A stretch of DNA of 64,000 nt from Antechinus flavipes (taxonomy: Eukaryota), in NCBI RefSeq assembly GCF_016432865.1, contig NC_067399.1, positions 499,162,001 through 499,226,000 on the forward strand, written 5' to 3'. Below, piece after piece: positions 12,773 to 20,200 of the stretch. The first letter of the stretch is position 1. Every line of letters begins with the position of its first letter. Under the pieces are notes generated by a model. That model was not told where the DNA came from. It searched no databases and worked only from the letters and a program-made list of their open reading frames with translations. The position numbers and the translations under genes were made by a program.

Positions 12773-15700
12773 CTCAGTGGTCTTTCTTCTAACACCACAT
12801 TGTCTCTTGCTCAAGTAGACAAGATAGTGCACTTCACTTCTCCCTATCTGGCTAATCATGTGTGAGAAGGTCTGAAAAACTAAAATACCAAGTATTTCTT
12901 TCTTCCTCATCAAAGCCAACAGTTGACCTTCTCCATCCTTTTACCCATGACCATCAGAAACAAGATCTGGCCCAAGTTCAATCTCACTTCTCAGGTCTGG
13001 CAATCATTTCTTGTGCATGCTGCTGCAGAAAGAAGTGCCAATATCATTTCCTGATGTGGATCACCTGCCAGTTGGTTTGGCAGAAGAAATCCAACATTCA
13101 GAAGGTGGGAACCACCACCTGTCCACCTTCCAACTTCACCTGTAGGGAACAGACTGGAACCAGAACTGGCAATCTCCTCCCTCTCCTGCCCCCCCTCTCC
13201 CCCCAATCAATGGCTTGGTCTAACTTCCTGCCCAATCCTTGAGGAATCCTGCCAACTGGTATCCCAAGTACAGCTGGTAGCACTCATCAAGGCTAAGTAG
13301 GCAGTTTTTTCAATTCCACTGAGGCATCCACTCCGCTGCAATTTGGGCTGCAATCCAAAGGGTGCTGTTCTCTGGAATCCCCTGACAATTTAGACTCAGG
13401 CAGCCATTTGCCCAGGCTTCTTTCACTCCTCTGATCACTTTCTTTAATTTCCCTCCTCTTCTGCAAGTAGCAAGAAGCACACTGTCTCATATCAAAGCTC
13501 TCTACCCACTCCTACATTTTTACACCTCAGTATCTCACCCTGCCCACCCAACAAGGCTCTTTTTCCTATGCTTCTTGACCATTTCTTTATGGGAAGACTT
13601 TTTAAGGCACCTCAAAGAGACTCCCCATTTAAAATAATCCTCTACCTGGAAGCACTAAAACCATCTCAGATAGATAACCATCTAGTTCTTTTTTTTAATC
13701 TAGTCTATTCCTATAAGTGCTCTGGAGCAGTTTGGAGTAGTATAAATACCTAATAGCCTGTTTCACTATCACACCTTCCTTACAGAAAAGATAGTCCCTT
13801 CTAAGATCTAACATGAATCTCTCCAGTTACAATATAAATCCACCTTTTATTTCCTTATCCCAAATCATTACTTCTCAAAAATCCAAAATTTCATCCCACC
13901 TTAGTTGGACAGAAGGTCTAAGGACAAACCCAGGGTATTTTTTACATTTTGTATAGTGGCCAACTGAACAGAAATTTTTAAAAGAAGTCTCTCCTGGCTC
14001 TACCATTAGCTACAGAATATATTTCATTTCCTTCTAAATAACAAAGGGATGGGAGAGGGAGGAAATCACAACCAACCAAGTAGGTGAACGTGAAGGAGTG
14101 ATCAGGCCGCCATGGATTAATGACAGCAACAGAAAAATCAAGCAGGAGGTCATCCCCCAACCCAGAGAAGTCTTAGGGGCATGCAGAGCTGGGCAAGCAA
14201 GCCAGTGAGAGGGGACCTCGGCACTGTCTCACCTTCCGCTTGTCCAATGGGGGTAGCGCTACCCCATTGGAACGGTTAAGGTCGGACACCAGCACCTTCA
14301 GAATGTCCTGAATCTATAAGAGGCGAAAAGGGAGAAACAAAAAGGGAGGAAGAGAGAAAGAGAGGTGGCTTAGAGGGAGGAGAAGGAGTTGGGAAGGGTG
14401 AAAGGGATGGGTCTGAGGAAATGGGGATGAGGATGGGGACTGAAGGTAGCTAGAGTGAGGACCCAATCCATAGACAGGGGTTGGGGATAGCCTTCGTAAC
14501 ATTTACTTTTAGCCTTGTCATTTTATTAATACAATTCAGAAGAACTAGCGAGAAGTTCACAGAATTACAAAAACCTAAAACAACAAAGCCAGAAGTCATG
14601 TCTAAAATTATCTAGTACATCTCTTTTACTTCCTTTAAACTTAGGTTTAAAGGAGTGAAGTGACTTGCACAGATCTTACAGTAAGTAGCAGAAAAGGGAC
14701 AAGAAACTAGCTCTCTTTGACTTCCAATTTCCAGGTCTATTATATTTCTTCACTCCCACCATGACTTTGTTAGTATCTCTTAGAGGAAAGGGTAGTTTGG
14801 TACTCTTAATTTGTAAAGTTTCTTCTGGGGATGGGAGAAAACTATCAGCTGAGTCAGGTCACAAATTCAAATAACACTCCCTTTCTCCATTATTCCAAGG
14901 GAGTACTTCTAGTTAAGACTCACATCCTCAGGAGAGTGTCGGCCACCTGATGGAGGAGTCTCGGGGTTACTGCCATCTTTTGTTTTCCTTTTCTTCTTGG
15001 CTCCTGCTGGGGCACTGGGACTGGTCTTCTGTTGATACTCCTTCAACTGCAGGAAGGAAAAGGTTAAGGTTGGAAAGAGTACGGGATCATGATTCAAGTT
15101 CTTGGCAACTACTTCCCCAGGAGAGTACAATTTTACAAAAAGCTGGGCTCAAGAAGAAAGCATATTACGGCTGAGAGATCAAATAGCTAAGTTTGGATTC
15201 CAACTTTGCCCAAAGGCTATCTAGGTGCTGAGAAATGATTCACAGCTCGGATGCTCAGTTTCTTTAATAAGTCATACTTCCATGGTGCTTTAAGATTTAC
15301 AAAGCCTGTTCCTCAGAACTAGTTGGTAAAAGAAGGGGAAATGATTTGCCCAGATAATTGTGAGAAACTGGACTCAATCTCAAGTGTCCTAGCTCTAATA
15401 CTTTTGCCACCCCTTAAAAATAACTTCTCTGACAACCGTAATAGCATTCCTCCCATTTTAAGTCCTCTCCATTCCCTGGCTAGATAAGTATATTTTATCC
15501 CAGAGGGGAATGAATGAAGAGTGTGTGGTAGAAAAGTTTGAAGAAAAAAATCATGGACCTTTCAAAAGAGTTGCAATCTGGGCAGAAACAATCCTCTCAT
15601 TCACTTTTCAAGCATGTTTTGAATCTTTGAGAGCATAAATCAAGGAAGTGGATAAATTTAAGAGATTACTGTTCATCATTATCATCTTCGGTGTTAGGTC

Positions 15701-16826
15701 TCAAAATGTGATGCAGTCATTCCAGTTCTTTTGGGCTTCCTCTGAAAGTGTGTTTCAAAGACAATTTTCCCAGAGGTAGTAATTTTAAAAATCCTGTACG
15801 TTTTCCCAGGCCAGAAGGTTATAATGACAACTTGGAAAGGGGGATGGTTACCTAATCTCATTCCAAATTCTCCCCATGAGTTACTCAGAGGAAAAAAATT
15901 ATCTACTCCCCTCCCATAATATTACCCCTACATGTGTGGGTCCTTCCACACATCCCTTCCAGCCCCCACCATCCTTAACTCTGGACCCCCAGATCTGGAT
16001 CTGAGGCAAAGGGAATCCCCTTCCCTCTTCCCCTCCCCTGCTAATGGAGGACAGGAAGAGTGTAGAACAGGCTGGAAGAGGTTTGGAAAGGGCCCGGAGG
16101 AAGTCCAGGACAGCGTCGGAATCCCACAGAGCGGGTGGGGCAGGCCTAACAGCTGGCTTGCCCAAGCCTTCACCTTGGGGCCCTTCTGGGGTATCCGAGT
16201 TTGGGGGAGTGGGGGTGGGGGGCTCCACGAGCGGCGACACAAGGAGGGGGGCATCTCCCTCCAGGCACCAGCTAGGGGAGCGGGGGGGGGGGGGGAGTGT
16301 AAGGCCTTTCCGGGAGGCCAACAGCTGGGCCTGACGTCACGAGCCTGAGCCCGGGCCCGGGGAGAGGGTGTCACGGGCCCAAAGTCACCAAGGGGGCGAC
16401 GGGAGAGGGGCGTGGGGCGTCAGGATTTTGAGGAAGTCCGGGGGGAGGGGGGGGGAGTTCGAGGCGCGGGACCTATGAGGTTCAAGAACGGAGACTTGCG
16501 AGACTGAAGTCGAGGACCCTGAGGGAATTAAGGAGAAGGAAGGGGGGGGGGGGGGGGGGGAGGGGGAGGGGAGGACGGGGTGCGCTTCAAAGACAGGCGA
16601 AGGAAACCTGAGGAGGATGAGGAGAACGATCTGAAGGGATCCGGAAGGGGATCTGTGAGGATCTGAGAGAACCAGGGAGAGGCTGGATCGGGGAGGGGGT
16701 CTGTCAGGGTCCAGGCGGCGGGGAAGGAAGGGGCGGGGCCGAGCCCGCGAGTGTAGGGGCCGCCTCAAGAGCGTTTACCTTCTTTTTGGCCGCGGCCAAT
16801 TTGCTCTGCCGGGTCTCGTCCGCCAT
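1..16826 (-). CDS. GOLGA2: Golgin subfamily A member 2 (GM130), cis-Golgi coiled-coil matrix protein; 27 exons, last exon truncated by the window edge
   Basis: Exons in transcript order: 16779-16826, 14924-15046, 14233-14313, 10641-10757, 10278-10321, 10099-10162, 8991-9050, 8724-8804, 7862-7900, 7661-7723, 7492-7585, 7198-7304, 6715-6773, 6193-6334, 5036-5125, 4834-4941, 4608-4695, 3370-3707, 2803-2916, 2047-2271, 1892-1967, 1536-1624, 1115-1321, 924-1026, 593-699, 279-447, 1-175. All are GT-AG with consistent phases, 3011 nt open. Peptide [23 protein letters not shown]...[16 protein letters not shown]...NPCIP matches GM130 as recalled. Confidence 0.97.
279..447 (-). CDS. GOLGA2: GOLGA2 exon 26
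   Basis: [27 protein letters not shown]...; cag/gtgagt. Confidence 0.95.
593..699 (-). CDS. GOLGA2: GOLGA2 exon 25
   Basis: [35 protein letters not shown]; cag/gttagc. Confidence 0.95.
924..1026 (-). CDS. GOLGA2: GOLGA2 exon 24
   Basis: [34 protein letters not shown]; tag/gtgagg. Confidence 0.95.
1115..1321 (-). CDS. GOLGA2: GOLGA2 exon 23
   Basis: [25 protein letters not shown]...[10 protein letters not shown]; cag/gtgagg. Confidence 0.95.
1536..1624 (-). CDS. GOLGA2: GOLGA2 exon 22
   Basis: [29 protein letters not shown]; cag/gtgagc. Confidence 0.93.
1892..1967 (-). CDS. GOLGA2: GOLGA2 exon 21
   Basis: [25 protein letters not shown]; cag/gtgagg. Confidence 0.93.
2047..2271 (-). CDS. 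GOLGA2: GOLGA2 exon 20
   Basis: [32 protein letters not shown]...ARQELLQTQ; tag/gtaaga. Confidence 0.95.
2803..2916 (-). CDS. GOLGA2: GOLGA2 exon 19
   Basis: [38 protein letters not shown]; cag/gtaatg. Confidence 0.95.
3141..3305 (+). mobile_element. MIR/CORE-SINE fragment (one of many in the window)
   Basis: ctggcactgtcacttactagct...caagtgactt...taaaatga...taagatcccttccag core pattern; boundaries approximate. Confidence 0.65.
3370..3707 (-). CDS. GOLGA2: GOLGA2 exon 18
   Basis: [24 protein letters not shown]...[30 protein letters not shown]; tag/gtacgt. Confidence 0.95.
4608..4695 (-). CDS. GOLGA2: GOLGA2 exon 17
   Basis: [29 protein letters not shown]; cag/gtaggc. Confidence 0.93.
4834..4941 (-). 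CDS. GOLGA2: GOLGA2 exon 16
   Basis: [36 protein letters not shown]; cag/gttggc. Confidence 0.93.
5036..5125 (-). CDS. GOLGA2: GOLGA2 exon 15
   Basis: [30 protein letters not shown]; cag/gtgagc. Confidence 0.93.
5370..5990 (+). mobile_element. CR1/L3 LINE 3' fragment, decayed
   Basis: catccagttctgggcaccacatt (QFWAPH) and ctagggatatttaacctggaaaaaagaaactgagaggggacatgatagctgtc ([18 protein letters not shown]), typical of the CR1 RT C-terminus. Confidence 0.75.
6193..6334 (-). CDS. GOLGA2: GOLGA2 exon 14
   Basis: [47 protein letters not shown]; cag/gtaaca. Confidence 0.94.
6715..6773 (-). CDS. GOLGA2: GOLGA2 exon 13
   Basis: [19 protein letters not shown]; cag/gttagt. Confidence 0.94.
7198..7304 (-). 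CDS. GOLGA2: GOLGA2 exon 12
   Basis: [35 protein letters not shown]; tag/gtgagc. Confidence 0.95.
7492..7585 (-). CDS. GOLGA2: GOLGA2 exon 11
   Basis: [31 protein letters not shown]; aag/gtagaa. Confidence 0.95.
7661..7723 (-). CDS. GOLGA2: GOLGA2 exon 10
   Basis: [21 protein letters not shown]; cag/gtaagt. Confidence 0.94.
7862..7900 (-). CDS. GOLGA2: GOLGA2 exon 9
   Basis: [13 protein letters not shown]; cag/gtaaaa. Confidence 0.92.
8724..8804 (-). CDS. GOLGA2: GOLGA2 exon 8 (81 nt, frame-preserving, likely cassette)
   Basis: [27 protein letters not shown]; cag/gtaaga. Confidence 0.93.
8991..9050 (-). CDS. GOLGA2: GOLGA2 exon 7
   Basis: [20 protein letters not shown]; cag/gtaagt. Confidence 0.93.
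9125..9216. repeat. Compound (CAGA/CA)n microsatellite
   Basis: Directly visible. Confidence 0.95.
9385..9573. mobile_element. hAT-Charlie type MITE (MER5-like)
   Basis: Termini cagaggttcttagcct...aggttgagtccctg; degenerate 8-bp TSD ctctaatt / ctctagtc. Confidence 0.75.
10099..10162 (-). CDS. GOLGA2: GOLGA2 exon 6
   Basis: [21 protein letters not shown]; cag/gtagca. Confidence 0.93.
10278..10321 (-). CDS. GOLGA2: GOLGA2 exon 5
   Basis: [14 protein letters not shown](K); cag/gtgagt; 44 nt, phase fits exon 6. Confidence 0.88.
10641..10757 (-). CDS. GOLGA2: GOLGA2 exon 4
   Basis: [39 protein letters not shown]; cag/gtttgt; divergent, but the position and the TSMASPQ end fit. Confidence 0.82.
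12720..12771. repeat. (CA)26 microsatellite
   Basis: Directly visible, perfect repeat. Confidence 0.97.
14233..14313 (-). CDS. GOLGA2: GOLGA2 exon 3 (81 nt, frame-preserving cassette)
   Basis: [27 protein letters not shown]; long pyrimidine tract with tag acceptor; gtgaga donor. Confidence 0.9.
14924..15046 (-). CDS. GOLGA2: GOLGA2 exon 2 (basic N-terminal region)
   Basis: [41 protein letters not shown]; cag/gtgagt. Confidence 0.95.
16779..16826 (-). CDS. GOLGA2: GOLGA2 exon 1 coding part from the second ATG
   Basis: ATG GCG in good Kozak context; [16 protein letters not shown] then gtaaac. The upstream ATG at 16863 is out of frame by 1 nt (see findings). Confidence 0.93.
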
Positions 16827-17182
16827 CCCGAGCCGGGGAGGGGGAAGGCGGGGGGGGCCACATCACCGTGATCCCGGCAACCACCGCGGCATTCCATCCA
16901 GCAGCCACCGCGCCGCTCCCGCTCCTCCCATAGGGAGGGTAAAGGGCGGGGTCGGACAGCGTCGCGCATCCCAGCGTCTGCGCCTGCGCCTGCGCCGATC
17001 TCTAGTACTCTCTCGCGCGCGCGTCGTCCAGCCCCGCCCGCGATGCTACTTGGCTCCAGCATTTCTATTCCTTCAGATTACACTCTGACTGGCGCGGGCT
17101 TTCCTACCTCCTCTGCGAGAGTGCGCTCGTCCTAGACCAGGAGCGAGCCTCGGCCTGCCCGCTTCTCTACTCCCTGGCAGTC

Positions 17183-17244
17183 CTGGAGTCCCACTCGCTG
17201 CAGAAACCCTCGGGAGGGGAGCCCAGGACCCCGGGCCTCCGGAG
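17183..17244 (+). CDS. SWI5: SWI5 exon 1 coding part (CUG start inferred)
   Basis: PRTPGLRR followed by the donor AG/gtgcga; CTG in the context gtcCTGg. Confidence 0.75.
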
Positions 17245-20200
17245 GTGCGACGGAGAAGAGTCTCCTCTTGGATCCCTCCCCAGAAATCCGGCATCCTTCA
17301 GAAAAACCCTCCTCAAGAGACCTCCGTCCCTTCCACGACCCGTCCTCCAAACTGAGCGCCTAGCACGGTCGCTGTTTCAGTGGGCGCTTAATAAGTGCTT
17401 GTTCTTCCTTTCCTACTCGCCCATCCTGAGCAGTCCCCATAGATCCTATCCACTTCAGAAACTTCCATCTCAAGATCCGATTCCTCCTTTAACAGACCGA
17501 CCTTCAGCGAATTCTTATCCTAGACCTCAATCCCCTTTAAAGAAACCAATTCAAGGATCCATCCCTTTCCATTGATACATTTTTCCCCCAGGGACCCTCG
17601 GCGCCTCTGAGACACCGCTTATGGATCTCTCCCCTTGGAGTAGACTCTCCTTATCCCTTCCCATCCCATCCCAAATGCCCTGGCCTGAACCACTTGGTCT
17701 AGTTTCCCTTTCCCACCTGTCTTCACTTCCAGAGGGCTCCCGGGCTTTCAAGTCTTCCCTCGCCCCGCAAATCCTGGGTCCTAACCATCCCTTTTCCTTG
17801 GTTGCTTTCCAGGGCACGATTGGGACTCTCCAAACGCCATTCAGCGGCTTTTCGATCCCCTGTGAGTATGTCTGCACGCACTCTTACATCCTTCTTTCCT
17901 CCTCGTGCCATACAGGTGGTATATCTTTCCCCAATCTCTCTGGGCCTCCTCAGTTACATCGCAGCAGTCTTTTTCTTGATCTCTTTGATTCTGTAATAGA
18001 AATTTTCACAGCATCTTTTCCAAATCTTTCCTTTTCTCATGCCTCTAGTGTCTTCTTCCACCTATACAACAAGATGTATGTTGCCATAATAAACATGTTG
18101 CTTATTAAATGTATGATGAAGTGAAGACTTATCTGCCTCCTACTTGTCTAAAGGTAACAGATCCAGGCAGGAAATCTGATGTTATTTCATGTAATTTCCA
18201 CTTATCTCAAAATAATTAGGTTAGCTTTGGACAGCACTTCATCTGAGTAAGGTGAGGATGACAAAACATAGAGGGAGAAATATTTTGAGATAAGTGGAAA
18301 TTACATGAAATAACATCAGATTTCCTGCCTGGATCTGTTACCTTTAGACAAGTAGGAGGCAGATAAGTCTTCACTTCATCATACATTTAATAAGCAACAT
18401 GTTTATTATGGCAACATACATCTTGTTGTATAGGTGGAAGAAGACACTAGAGGCATGAGAAAAGGAAAGATTTGGAAAAGATGCTGTGAAAATTTCTGTT
18501 ACAGAATCAAAGAGATCAAGAAAAAGACTGCTGTGATGTAACTTCCCTCTGCTTTCCTTAGAACCTTGTTCTATAATTTCTCTCTACAATTTTTACCTCC
18601 CAACTGGTTGCTTCCGCTCTACCTTTAAAAACACAGGTCTCCCCAATCTTGAGAGAGGAGAAAAATAGACAAAAAACTTTGTTTAATCCTACTGCCCCAC
18701 TAGTTACCATCCTATTTCTCCTTTACCATTTTTTGCCAAACCAACCTGCTGCCTTCATCACCCACTTGCACTTTAACTCTTGGCAGTCTTATTTCTGCCC
18801 TTTCTACTCATCCCCAGTGGCCTTTTTTTTTTTTAATCCTTCATTCTTCTTACCTCCTTGCAGAAATTCTTTGCTGCTTCCCTCATAGAACTCTCTTCCC
18901 ACTTTATGAGTTAATACTGTTCTGCTTTTTTCAATTACTTGACTATTCATTCCTCTGACTTCTTTTTCTAAATTCCCTATTCTTCTCTTTCTATACTTGA
19001 TAATTTACTCTGTGGTTTTCAATGGTCATTTCTTTTACTGCTTGGTCATCACTTATGCTAATGATTTCCAAATCTGTTTCTTTCATTCAGGCCTTTAATA
19101 TGAGTTTTACATTTCCAACTGCATCCTGGATATTTTTCCATTTAGTGTCTTGCTTTCATCTCACTAGTTACAATCACTGCATCTAAAACTGATCTCATCA
19201 GTTTTGTCTTGTCAGATTTGCGGCTTCTTCCTGACTTCCATGCAATCATCTGTGATCTTTCCCTCTCTCTTATCCCCAGGTTTCTCAGATTCTTTATGTT
19301 CTTCTTTGTAATGCCTTTCTTACCTGTCCCTTTTCATTTCCATTGAAACAGCTCTAGTTCAGGTTCTTAACCTCCTTATATATGAACTATTGGCCTCCTT
19401 ATTCTTATTATGTTTTCCCTCCAGCTCATCATTTACACTGTCATTTCCAGATTAATTTTGTTAAAACGCATCACATTACTCTCAAGCTCAAAGACCTTTA
19501 ATAACGCCTAAATAGCTAAAAGATCAGTTTGATACGCAGAAGCAACTTCTGAGCCAATTATATAAGACTTTATACAATCTGGTCTTGTTCTGCTTTTCTT
19601 TTTTTTAAATTGTAAGTTTATTTTTTCCTGAGACAATTGTATTTAGGTGACTTGCCCAGGGTCACACAGCTAGGTTAAATATCTGAGATCAGATTTGAAC
19701 TCAGATCCTCTTGACCTCAGGGCTAGTTCTCTATCCATTGTACACATAGCTGCCCCCTTATTCTACTTTTCCAATCTCATTTCTAAATGTTTCTTCCAGT
19801 CATGCTGGTTTCATTGTCCCCCCAAAATGCCAAGTTCATTTCCTTCTCTGTATTTACCCCAGCCTGGGATGCTCTTCCTTTTTATTTATCTGAATCCTAC
19901 TTTTTTTTTCCTTAAGAAAAAAAAGTTAATATTATCCCTAATTTTAAGGCAATTTCAGTAGAAGTTAGATTAGAAGCATTTTGTGATCTTTTTAAAAAAG
20001 CAAAATCATGGTGGCTAGCATTAATTAGTCCCAGGTCATTCTCATTTCTTTCTCAAAGCATTCAGTATTTAGCATATCCTCAAATCCCCTGATTTATCTC
20101 CAGGAATGGTTATCATTCTATCTCCATGCGTACCTTCACAATGAAAAGCTCTCATATTCCTCTTGTAGCCTATCATTCCATCTTTCCCTATATTTTACCC

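Larger units (their letters stand above)
16100..17400. promoter_or_regulatory. CpG island / bidirectional promoter of GOLGA2 and SWI5
   Basis: High GC and CpG content. GC boxes gggcgggg (16944-16951) and ccccgccc (17032-17039); NRF1-like tgcgcctgcgcctgcgc (16979-16995); full CRE tgacgtca (16332-16339). Start codons are about 320-360 bp apart. Boundaries approximate. Confidence 0.85.

Noticed and set aside
13119-13139. Possible 21-nt in-frame microexon (VKLEGGQ) of GOLGA2
   Set aside because: The acceptor is plausible, but the donor (CAG/gtggtg) is weak and there is no independent support.
12900-13460. Exon-like, repeat-free block in GOLGA2 intron 3 (minus-strand acceptor ctacttgcag at 13461 followed by purine-rich sequence)
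   Set aside because: All three frames close within about 300 nt, there is no convincing donor, and the peptides are unrecognisable. It may be conserved non-coding sequence, but an exon cannot be supported.
17952-18543. Interpreting the long inverted repeat as a MITE or foldback transposon with long TIRs
   Set aside because: There is no TA, TTAA or 8-9 bp TSD at the outer ends (gcctcctc vs tccctctg), and the ends resemble no TIR I recognise. The empty-site hairpin points to a local templated duplication instead.
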